Shown here in pieces: positions 12,648-24,795 of a stretch of 64,000 nt of DNA. Numbering within the stretch: the first letter of the stretch is position 1; every line of letters starts with the position of its first letter. This stretch comes from Sarea resinae (Eukaryota): assembly GCA_026026165.1 (NCBI GenBank), contig JAPEUD010000096.1:1-64000 (forward strand), written 5' to 3'. The position numbers and the translations under genes are program-made. The notes under the pieces were generated by a model that saw only the letters and a program-made list of their open reading frames with translations, did no database searches and was not told the origin of the DNA.

Positions 12648-15600
12648 GGCGGATAGAGCACGACTTGATAGACCTTGCAATCGGTATTTGCTATCGAGAG
12701 TATGAAAGGCTTGCGTTAAGTAATTGACGAGCAAACTTGGTGGAGACCGCGATGAACTCCGTCGTGGCCGGCGCGTAGAGTCGGAACTCTGCCCAAGAGG
12801 CGGATTGATACAGCACGGCTAACAAGTCCACCTGATACCTGGGGAAATTTGAGGTCTTGAGCTAGAAAGGGCGCGCTTTTGGCGATGGCCAACGAGTCGA
12901 AGTAGAGGAGTGATAGGCAATCGTCGAAGTGGATTCCCACACAATGCGACAGCGAAATCAAAATGCCGCCCGACAGGATTTCGCAATGTTTACTTTCTGA
13001 GGTTGCGGACTGTGATCGATATCCAGATGGTAACAATGCCGTCCGCGTACGAGCCCCAATCCGATGATCTTCCGAGCTCTCGTTCTTGTGCGTGTGCAGT
13101 CGCTAGATCCAGAGTTCGGAGGTGGCCGGAGAGACACAGCGAAGTCGATTTACCCGAGTCGTGAAACGTATAGATCGTGAGGGAAGGAGAGGTCCAAATT
13201 GCAATCAAAGGAGCAGAGGACACGATGGGTTTGTTGAATGGAATGCTTTTTCGTGGGTTCGACGGGCGATTGTGGAAGGCGGTTGATGAAGTAAGTTTAA
13301 GGCACCAGACTGGGAGTGGCACGCGCACGATCTGGACGACGAATGAGGCGCCGTCTAATGAACGAGAGGGGGATTGGCTGCGGACAGGCGGGCTCTGCTC
13401 TGCTCTTGTCGCTTAGGGGGATTTAGACGCTGCTGGGGTGGGTGTGGTAAGGTAAGGTAAGCTAGGTAAGGTATGGATGGAAGTCGTCACAGCGACTGCG
13501 AGGTACGCAAGTGTAGTAATGTACGGGCGGGAGAATAAAGTAGATATAAAAGCCTCGAGTCCAGTTTTAGAGTTGACTTCCAGATTCAAGGACAAGAGGA
13601 GAACGGGACTAGCGTTACTGCTCTCTGGCTCGAGGGCGAGCAATTTTCTGGGTTTAGATGTCGCGGTGCGTCGTGCGTTCTTTCTGTGTCAGGATGGTGA
13701 TGGGTATGTAGATGTGGATGTGGATTTGATGAGGTAAGAAGGTGGTCGGTGGTCGGTGGCAGGGACGGGGCGGAGGTAGGAGTAGTATTGTAGATAGGTA
13801 GGTGAGAAGGTAGGGCAGGGGAGGTAAGGCTGGTTTGGTGACGCGGAGACGAAAGTGAATAGGAAAAGGAAATTGGGCCAAAATATGGGATGGACAGGGC
13901 AATGGAAGGCAGGCAGAGGGGAACGAGAAGAAGAAGTAAAGAAGCCGGAGGGGGACCAACGAATAATAGGTCAAAAGTCAATAGAACGGGCGACGAACGA
14001 GCGAGCGAGCGAGCGAACAAACGAACGGGGGAGCCAAACGAATATTGGCGGCCCCGCGTCGTTCAGGTAGCGTCGGTAGAGTCAGGTAGTATTATTAGTT
14101 GAGGGATAAGGCCCTTCTTCTTCTTCGTGCTGCGTGTCCAGGTGACAATCATCATCGCGTCAAATCGGCCTAGTCCTACTGCAAATTGCACTGTTGAAAT
14201 CGATAGGGTTGATGCGTGTTGTACCATGGTTATTGCAGTACGATTTCATAGCACTCTTGCTGTTGAGCATCCAATTTGATCCTCTTCTTCTCCCGTTCAT
14301 GCTATATGCTCAGGCCTTAATCGCGTTCAACGTGCCTGAGGAAGGTTCCAAGGTTGGCTGAGGCTACTTTACAGGAGGAAAAGAAACATCGTCATCTCTG
14401 CCTTCCGGGCTGCGGTAGGTTAGATCCCGTTCCATGGTACATTTCCTCACCAAAGGAATGTCTGATGCCGCAGGCGCAGAGTACAGTCAATCGACAATCC
14501 AAAGAAGCAAGCAGCTGATCAATTGCATCCAGCTTGCCGATTATGGACAGAAGTGAAGAGCATCCATTCAGGCTACGACCAGAGGAAACAACGAACATCA
14601 GAATCCTTCGAAATTGGTAGTGCTTGTACCGTCGATGATCACTGGGCACCCATGGAAAGTGATGATACGCCTGGTAGGAATACCTAGCATGACAGAGGTA
14701 TCGTTTCCGTACCGTTGGTACCCCGGCACCTTGGCTAAGGTAATGGGAGACTTCAACCGCACCGCCCTAGCCAGCAGCAGCCACGTCTCGCTGGATCCAG
14801 TCGGCCTCGAACATGATTCCTGCCGCTCATAGTAATTTCCACTTCATGTACGAAGTTACTTCGTACGAAATATACCTACGCTACTTACTTGCATGGCTGT
14901 GGTGTTCGTCTGGGAGCGGAGAAGTTGCTTCTAGGCTTAAGAAGAGTAACTGCAGAAGAAGTCTTTCGAGAGTCTGGCCATTTTTACAGGAGATCACAAT
15001 ATCATGGTCTTCTGAGCATTGAATCACTAGATCACTGGACCACTGGACCAACGTCAACGCAGGGATAGATCATCCTCCTCCGCCATCAGTAGTGTCGAGG
15101 GTCGCAGTGCATGCAGATATGTATGTATGTCAATGCAGGTCGATGGAGTCCTGAAGTGTTGCTTTTGTGTTCGTAAAGACATACATGGTGCCCATGCCTA
15201 CCTATGTACCTACGATCAATCGGCCCGCTACGAGACCCAGTATGTTTACTTGGATAGGTACGTAACTCGGACCAGCACGCTGCTACTCCAGTCTCGCCGC
15301 CGCCGCCGCCGCTGCTGCTTGTGCCGCCAATTGCTTCTGCTTGAGCCCGCCGTCTGCCCTACACATCGTTCCACAAGCCAGAAGAGCAATGCCCCGGTCC
15401 GTGAGACATGCTGACCCGACCTACCGCAATATAAAGAGATCAAGGACTCGCACATGTGGGACGACCAGAGAGAAGCCCTGAAGATGCACCCTCATCCCAC
15501 AAGAGTTTAGGGTGTGGATCCCAAATGGCGGCAGATGTGTTGATCTATGACACCTGAGGCAGTATTCTGGTGGAAGATCTGTGACTGTCTTCTGCATCCA

Positions 15601-17146
15601 TGCCGTAAGCTTCCCACTAGCAAAGCGGGTGATGATTGTTGCTTGTACGCCCCGAGCAGACGGAAAATGAGGGGTCTACTTCGTAATTCGTATCATTTTC
15701 ACGGCAATTCTTAGAGTATGCGCTTCATTGCGACGCTCGCTGCAAACTGGCATGACAATATGACGATGGCTTGGTAGGCACGAGTGAGTACTGCGTACCT
15801 TATCCACGGAAGCTGGTGCTCGGGTCTAGGAGAGGGCGCTAAGAGTGCGCGTGACTGAGCTGGCCCTGCTCTTGGTCTCCAGCGCGAAACACGCCAGGCG
15901 AGGTTGGCCCCACCGAAGATTGGCCCTCTGCTCTAGAGCACATACCTACCTACGTATGTGTACCTCCATGGAGTAGGTACCCAAGACTGGTAGATAGGTA
16001 GGTACCTAGAGCAACGGGTACGTCAGAGTTCAGCCTTTAGCATCTTTCAGATACGGGCTTACCCACCTTACCTGGTAGACCTGGTACCTTCCACAATACC
16101 CTACCTACTACTAGGTACCTAGTTGCATTCATACGGTAAGCTCGGTAAATCCTACTCCAGTACAGAATTACATCATCCGCTAGCACGAGAATACTTCCGT
16201 ACTGGGTTACATCTATTCAGGTACCGTATGGGTGTGAGCTACTTTTATCCGTATACTTGAATTATTGAGAATCAAAGCACTTGAGTATTGGCCAGCGAGA
16301 GGGGTAATGAAAGGCCGATTGACAGTTCAATCGAAATAACAAAGTTGAGAAGAGTTATCATTCTATCCTCAAGCTGGCCGCCAATCCCTGTTTCCGTAAC
16401 ACAACCCAGCGGCTACGTCCCTCATTCGAGATACCTCGTCTTAACGTACCATTCTTCGTACGTCCCGCCATCTTCATCAGCCATCCAGTTCTTCCCATGT
16501 CTTCCAAATTAGCGGCCTACTTACGATTGCCGAGCAGATCGCAAAAGCAAAATATTGACGCCGGGAACGAGCCGTTGATGATGCATCCCAATCATTCATT
16601 CATCTCGTGGCTCGAATCTCAAGCAAGTTTAATCATCATGAGCGCTGTTCAATATTAGGGAGGTAAGTGTGCATCCTTAATTAGGGCACACGCGCGTGCT
16701 TGCCCCGCAGCAAGCGTCTTCCCTTGTCTACCTATGTAGGTAGGTAGGTAAGTACGCCGCCCCGGTAGACCAGAATGACGACATCAAAGCTATCGCCGCG
16801 CAGCAAAAATCCGGAGGGGGGGGGAAGGGGGCAAGACAGATTCAGGCCATGCTGTCTGCAGATCCAAGGATGTTCGTATGTATGGACATCCGCCATCGGA
16901 CTGTATCTAGCTCGGGCAGAGAGAATACAAACCCTGACACCATCGCAGTTCTTGTCATGGTAGAGGAGAATGTATTCGTGGTGGATGTTCCATTGGCCTC
17001 GCTGTTGCTGAGTTGCCAATTAGGTACTCCAAGAGTAGAAGATCATAGTAGCACGATATTATTATGTCCTCAAAAGCGAATCTTCTTCCTATACACACCT
17101 CAAAACAACACTAGGTGTACCCATCGCCAGTGGAAGCCTGGAGCGC

Positions 17147-17186
17147 CAGCACAGCACAGCACAGCACAGCACAGCACAGCACAGCA
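17147..17186. repeat. (CAGCA)8 microsatellite
   Basis: Direct reading of a tandem pentamer in intergenic DNA. Confidence 0.9.
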
Positions 17187-19050
17187 CGTGGGGAGTAGGT
17201 AGACGACGTCCCTAAATGTGAGCCATCGCATGTGGATCACAAAGAGGCCCTGGCCCCGTTGTAGCTGTCACTGAACGTCATACATACCCTTACTTCTTTG
17301 CAGCAGCATCGGTACTCTAGAGTAGGCGTACCTTATTACATGGACATATTGAGGATGCTTCCAATGCATGCTTGCATGCTTGCTGCAGGTCGCCCGAAGA
17401 GGTTTCCGAAGGGGTGGTTCTGGGGCCAGGGTGCAATAGCGGGGAACGGCGGTGATGGGAAATTCAAAGTCTCTGCTGACTGTAACTGTGAGTCTTTTAC
17501 GGTGCTGCTCTTTCTGTATGTCCATGGAGAGATTGTTCCCCGATACAGATGGCAGTGCATTTGCAAGTCGCATCAAAGGGAGAAATTATCTCATCAAGCC
17601 CCAAGCCGTTGCCGTGGTCTACGCCAAGGACTTGCGTGTCATGTATTTTGGGGATGAGGAGACTAATACCTGGCGGTCTGTGCCACATAGGGTAATCTCT
17701 TGACTGCTAGTGTCATTAAGATGTTGACAGAATTATCGGTCGACCTGGTTCTAGGGGATCCCGTGATATGGATGCCGGCTTCTGGCTGACTCAAGGCAAA
17801 AGACAAGCTGTGGGAGCCGCGAACGGCCGATCGACTGCTGCCACCGCTGCTACTGAGAAAGCCCCTGCATCCATTAGCGGCTGCTTCTTTTTGAGATTCG
17901 TAAATTTTGAAGAAAGATCTACGAATTATAGTAGAAAGAAAATAAGTGAGAGGAGTACGGACTGAGCTGGTAAACGACAATACCGATGGCGAAAGAAAAG
18001 GATGGATGCTGGATGCTGGATGCTGGTTGTTCATATAGGTAGTATCCATATAGATTAAATTATAAGATAGCCACAGCTAATAGCCCGTTAAACGAGACCT
18101 CGTGCAGTCCAGATACTCCGTACTACCCCGGACCTAAGATGAAGATCTTTGACAACAGCCGCGGAGGACTTAGTTGGATGCAGATATTGACCCGACCTGA
18201 TCCTACAAGTCCCTACCTCAGGCCACCCGTTACCTGTGCCTTGCCGCCAAAGATCTGTGAAGTAGTGAGTGTTAATTAGCGCGTCTCAACTGATATCAGT
18301 CTAGGTATCCGGGAACCTTCTGTGGTAGGCTGTCTAGATCGTTGGTAAGACATGTCAGCTAGGTCGATGGTACCAATTCACCGCAAAACAGCGGCCGGCG
18401 TTGTTGGAACAACGTCCGGCGGTAATTGAAGCGTCAGTGCAAGGTATACTCCAAACTACACAAGACACGCGACAGGGCCCGGCACCAGTATCTTTACACT
18501 TATGAACCATGTTTCTTAATGAGGTAGTTTTATATACAGGATGCTTGCGATCGAGATAATCGAAAGCCTTCAAGATCCTCGCCCACGACATACGCAAAAG
18601 GAAGAAGGGGGAAACAAGAAGACCATTGGTAGTACATCGCCACCGAGATCTGATCCTGACCTGCAGAGGATTTGATGAAAAGAAATAGAGGAGCTCAACC
18701 TATTCAATCAATCCATTCATCGGCTAATCAGTTGCGGTGAAAAGCAAGTCTATCGATGGTGGATGAAGTAAGATAGTCCCAAGCGGTCGCTTTCATAGAC
18801 ATGACGAGGATCACATGGCAAATCCCAGCGCATTCGAGATGGGAGGTGTGAGATGTTGTAAGGGGTAGGAAGGGGCAGGAGAGCCTCATTTATTTTTTTG
18901 GAGAGCGTAATGATGATAAGACAGATGAGAAGAAGAAAGGGCGATTGATGAATCCGTTCGCCTAGGAAGCTGGAGCGGTTGAGAGAAGTAGGATTATGAT
19001 CGAGTACGGTCTAGGATGCTCGTTCCATACCAAGCGGCTATGGATGGCAT

Positions 19051-20412
19051 CTAGAACGGAGGTGGCGTGGAAGGCCCTTGCTGCTCCATCAGCTCTTCTC
19101 CGGCAGCCTCGATAGATACCGCTAGTCCGACCTTCGCTTGTTGCTAGAATTTTGCGAAAAGGTCAGTCATCTTGACGAATGATAATTTTACACTTCTTTA
19201 TGTCGAAGCATTCGAGACGGATTGGCAGGTCCAAAGACATGGGAGGAATAGGAGGCAGCGGTAGTCCACTAAACCGAAAATGTGTGGTAATATGCAGGGA
19301 AGTCAAAGAGAAATGAAGGCCCAGGCCATCTCAAGGGCGGAGTCTTACCTTGAAGTGATCGATCTCACCGGCAAAGGTTAGTTGTACTGGTGGTGCTACC
19401 CGTTTCTCCAGCAGACAGCTCAGTTTTCCGGTGTTGTCAACTTGAGCTCTGAAAGTGGACGCTCTAAAATCGTACTTGGCGCCCAAAGTCGTGACGCCTT
19501 CTTTTCGCATTGGGCCTCCCATTAGACCTGCTCCTCGACCCATGCCAGCGAACTGCAGATTCAAATCAACTCCGGCCTCAACCTTTTCAGTTAATTTGCG
19601 CCAGTAAGAGGTGTTAACTGCGCCTTGTGCCTGCAGCTGCGCACTGGCAATCCAATCATCCCCTTTGTACCGCGCAACGTAAGAGATAGCGGCCTCTGGT
19701 CCCGCATTGAGAGCTGCCCTCTGCCATATAGCTTCCAATCCGAGGGCGATCCTGGGTGTGACCGACTGAAGGTAGCTGGCCATGAATATCCCGGTCAAAC
19801 CGCCCTCGAGCATTGAAGGGTTAAGAGACTTGAGAGAAGCGCTGAAATCGTTGCCGGTATAGTCGTTGTCGACGGAAAGCATTGCTTGACCACCACCTAT
19901 TTGGACATTGGTTTTCGTTACGAAGGCTGCATTCCACCGATAGTTCGCACGAGCAGACAGTTGCCCATCGTTGTCAACATTGGCTTGCAAAAAGACCTGA
20001 TGAAACATGATGTTAGTGGCATGGAAAGCATAAGGCGTCAAACCCAGATGCTAAGCTTGATGCTATTTAAGGTATTCTGGTCGACCAAACATACCTTGGG
20101 AGTTCCGTATAGGGCAGCGAATGTGTATGGGGGCAGACCTTGCGAGCCCATAGAAAAGGCATGCGAAACTTGAAAGAGCGGCGCGACACTGAAAGCCTTT
20201 GTGAGATCCGCTCGCAGACCAGTGAAGGTGTAATTGTTGAGAAAGACGTCCTTCTGAACCTCCCTCGCAATGTTCTCTACGGTCCCTGGATTGGACAAAC
20301 CCAATGCTTCTCTCCTCTCGGAGAATGACACATATGTATCTTTCAGTGCTGAGACCGCAGCATTGTCCGTCACAAAGCCTAACGCCGGCTGTTTCTCCTC
20401 TACCAAAGCCAT
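19051..20412 (-). CDS. TOM40: Mitochondrial outer membrane translocase pore Tom40
   Basis: MALVEEKQ... with [22 protein letters not shown] and [10 protein letters not shown]; beta-barrel body; last exon [30 protein letters not shown]. Confidence 0.95.
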
Positions 20413-21191
20413 TTTGAAAGACGGTAGCGAAAAGAGATGAGGCGGAGGAAAGAGAAAATGGAAAAGGGAATAGAAGAGACGGATCAAGAGGGCGCGATCC
20501 TAGTCCGTTTAGTAAGAGCAATACGAATTGGGGAGATATTTAGATGATGGCGATGAGGTTTCCCGTGGGGGAGATGGGGAGAGCTTCTTGCGATGGAAGA
20601 GGTGTGCTTTCTCTCTGTCTGCTCGTCACGAACAAGTTGCTGTAATGACTTTTTAGGAGTTGGAGTGCTCGGACTTTGATCCGCGTCTACTTCTAGTCCA
20701 ATGTGTGCGCCTATTGCGCATAGCTTGCAGCACAGCATACTAGGAGGGCTGTGTCTTCCGTACATTGAAAACATCAAAATACCATACAGCCACCCGCCGC
20801 ATACCGTAATCATTATCGCGTCCACCCGAAAGAATACTACCGCGCCTATTTTGCTGCGACTTAATGTGTGCAACACCTAGAAAGCATCTATCACATCACC
20901 TATCAGCTCACCATAATTTACGCAATTACGGACCTCAAATCACCTCGAGCGGATTCTAAACGGATATCTCGACCTCCCTTCCCTCATCCACTGTATATCG
21001 CCCTCGCTATCTCGCCAAATACACATCACGAAACCCCAATAAAGACTCAAGACAGCTGTCTGCAATACATTCCCACTTCAATCAAACGGCTCAACGAGCC
21101 ACTCCATTCTACTTGGCCCAAGGCCAGAGCTGCGCTACCAGCCAGCATTGATCTTTCCTCTTTTTAGAATCTCGTGTGTCAATATCCAGCT

Positions 21192-23678
21192 ATGGATACC
21201 CTACTGTATGTATTTCGACATTATATCACATGTCTTCTTTTCGGCGAATTGCACGTACAGTGCTGCACGACGCGAACGGCCCCCTGGAACCTGCGTTGCT
21301 GACGGGAATCGTCTCCACCATGTAGGACCGCAGATGAATTCGTGGCTTCAGCCCCTCGGTTTCGGCGTAGATCAAGTACTTTTGTTGATGCAATTCATGA
21401 CCTACCAGAGACCTTAGAGTTGGCACCCGCTCAGCTCTACAGCACCGAATCTGGCCGACTATTCCATTCAGGTAGAATGGTAGTCGCCACCGTAGGCCTT
21501 CCTGCGAGAGGTAAAACGTAAGCACTGATCGGCTCTATTTGGCAATCGATTCAGGATCTTTTCGCTGACATGGAAATTCGTGCAGTCATATATCCGTTGC
21601 CTTGGCCAGATATCTGAGATGGTATGTTTATCGTGCTTTTTCGTTAATATGATCTCTTCTCTGTTTTGGCTTCATATATCTCATATTCATTGGCCTAGGC
21701 TCGGAGTCAAAACCCGCGTATTTCATCTTGGTGATTATCGACGAGCCACAGTTGGCCAGGAGCATGACGTCCCGCAAGATTACTTTTTTGTCAATGGTAA
21801 GAGAAATCTTTCTTAGTAATCACTAGACGATCGTAGCGTTTTCATGTCTCGCATTAATGACCTCCAATGCTAGTCGGTGCTGACGGCTCAACAGCTTCGG
21901 CGTCCTCGGTGCTTTTGCGTCAAAAAATCCTCAAGAAATGCCGAGAAGATATCTTCAACTTCTTGAACCATGAGAATGGGCAGGTCGCTATCTTTGACGC
22001 AGTTAATCCACTTTCAGCTGGCCGAAGGTCACTGGCCAAGGAGTTTGCAAAGCATGACGTCCAGGTCCGTACAAGATCAATGTCTCCACGCGTGCATGGT
22101 TTGAGCTGGACAAGGAAATCTGGATCAATAATACGAAACATTCTGACAGCTTGCAGACCATGTTCATCGAGTCAGCCTGTGACGACGAGCGAATAATAGA
22201 AGAAAATGTTCGCAGTGTAAAAATCTCCTCGCCAGATGTCTGTAAACCCTTCGTTTCGTCTGAGTCTTCTCTATCCAACTGACAACAAACTTAGTACATC
22301 GGATACCAACCTGAGGACGCTGTAAAAGATTATCTAGCAAGGATTGCGGCGAAGATCCCTCATTTTGAGACGATGGACGAGCCTGAACTAAATTATATCA
22401 AGGTAGGGCTGTTGTCTACGATATTGCTAGTATCTTATGAGGGGCATGGCTCACTTTCATTTCTGTAGATGTATAATGCTGGCGAACGGGTGACGGTCAA
22501 TAATTGCAATTTTGGATACCTTTCCCACCGTATAGTATTCTACCTACTGAATCTACACATAAAATCACGGCAAACATATTTCGCTCGAGTAAGTCTCACC
22601 TGATTTGACGATAAGTACCAGAAACTAACCACTTCCCAGGCTGGATCATCCCGAGAAGAAGACTACAAAGCGGATGCATCTCTCTCCCCCGAAGGCCACG
22701 AATATGCCAAAAAGATGACTGAAACGCTGATCCGCCACCGCATTGAAGAAAGGCAAGCCCTCATCGATCGCGGTGGCTCCGATGCTCCTCTACGACCCCT
22801 AAGCATCTGGACCTCCACTCGTCGTCGTACCATCGAAACAGCAGCTTACCTCGCCAGCTCGGGCTACAAGGTCCGTCAAAGGCCGCAATTGAGCCAATTG
22901 AATCCAGGCGTGTGTGAGAAGATGTCCGAACGTGCTATTAGGGCCAAATATCCGGACGAAATCGCAAAGCATGAGGCTGATCCTTATCATCATCGCTATC
23001 CGAGAGCTGAGGTGCGCTTGCTTGGCTCACTGACTCTGGTCATGTGCTGACGTGAGAGTAAACAGTCTTATCATGATCTGGCCGTGCGCCTCGAGCCCAT
23101 TATTCTAGAGCTTGAACGCGAAGAAAATGATCTCTTGATCGTGGCTCACGAGAGCGTGCTAAGAGTGTTGTATGCCTACTTAATGGCCTGCAACGCGGCA
23201 GACATACCACTCCTCGCATTCCCTCGGAATCAAATCATCGAGGTATGCCCCTCGTCCTATCTTCTATGAAAGAAAATAGGTAATTAAGCGTCACCACCAC
23301 TAGATCATCCCTTCAAGCTATAACAACGAAGCAAAACGGATCGAGGTACCAGGTCTTTCAGGCAAGAATATTGCCGATAGTCCTGAGGATATCAAGTTAG
23401 CCAATCTTCTTCTTACATCGCCTCTCTCCCATCATCTCCCTTCGTTCTTATCTTTCCCAACTTTTCGTATTCTTCACAGGACTGGATCCTAACCTGGGCC
23501 GCTGTAACTAACCGCTTTGCATCACACGCACAGAATCCCTGTCCCAGCCAGCGGTACTGTCTCCCCCATGCCGGGCCTCGGAACACCCCAAATTCCTAGC
23601 GGATCGACGACTCCTCACACAGTACTGAGCACGAACGGCAATCTGCAGCCGAATATAAACGGATCCTCTAGTAGGTAG
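21192..23678 (+). CDS. 6-phosphofructo-2-kinase/fructose-2,6-bisphosphatase-like protein (YLR345W-type)
   Basis: About 11 exons assembled by eye: MDTLLTADEF...RRRSSTFVDAIHD, P-loop VGLPARGKT, RYLRWLG, GDYRR, C-terminal RYPRAESYHDLAVRLEPIILELER and AHESVLR. Confidence 0.9.
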
Positions 23679-24795
23679 ACGTTCTATGGCTTAGCTAGTA
23701 CTGTGGCGGTATGATGATTACGGCCGACTAGAGTATTTACGAGACACATGAAAGCGTGTTGTTTCATGCATTCATTCGTTCATTAATTCATTCAAAGGCG
23801 TTCTGCATCTGGAAGTCGAGGAGGGCGAGAAGGCGTATCTAAGCATATCATAGATCTCCAACGATAGGCTCGCCATGAATTGGTTCATGCGGTGTCATGG
23901 TATTTACTCCATAAGAATCTTTTGACAATCATCGTGGGCATGCATCCCAAGCAGCATCATTAGCTGTTGTAGCCCACTATCACCTTCTCAGTCCCACGAG
24001 TGATGGATCCAGATTCTCGAACCTCCTTCAGCCTCCATGCAACGTCGACACGAATAAAACGTCATCTCCGTTTTGTAATTCATAGGCATCTTCTCCTTCT
24101 AATTCCCAATCTGCATCGTTGATGAGAACCAAAATACCCGCACGCCTAACGTAGGATACACATTGTGCTCACATCAGTTGGGTGGGCTTCTCTGTACAAT
24201 GAGCAATTGAGTCGAACGTACACACTACCATCCAGAACAAACATTTCTTTCCTCCGATCTTGCATCAGATTATCGCAGAGCCATCGCACAAGGAAGGCTA
24301 TGTTGGCCGCAGAGCCAGATTCGGTTTTGCGCGGGAGCAAGATTTGGTGCTTGCGGTTATTAGAGAAGAGAGCCTCGAGCCCACCGCTGGCGGGGTCGAA
24401 AAAGGTTAGATAAAATAGAGGTATTGAGGGACATTAGATCTGGGAGAGAAGGGGGACGTACGTAAACTCGACTGTAACGGGAATGCTACCCTCCGACACT
24501 TCTACCATTTTTCATGAGAATCCTTGTCGAGCCTCTGTGTGAAGTTTGGCAGTTCGATGAAGACTCAAAGACGGGGGCTTGACGAGTAGCTAGCTTATCG
24601 ATAGGGCTGAAGGGACGATTTGCGCGCGGAGCGACACGAAGCGCACGGACCACTTGGGGGGAGTTTTGTCAAGCCTATTTGTGTCTACCTTAAGAGGTCG
24701 GCACGGCTTTTGAGAGTCGGTATAAGAGCCACAAAGGCCGCACAAGACGAGATTTCAGTCGGGAATACATCATGGCAGAAATTTGAACATTGCTA

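Noticed and set aside
21206..21325. Possible twin intron or microexon in the first intron of the PFK2-like gene (internal TACAG at 21256-21260)
   Set aside because: No good branch point precedes that AG and no split donor is reconstituted; a single intron gives the expected N-terminus.
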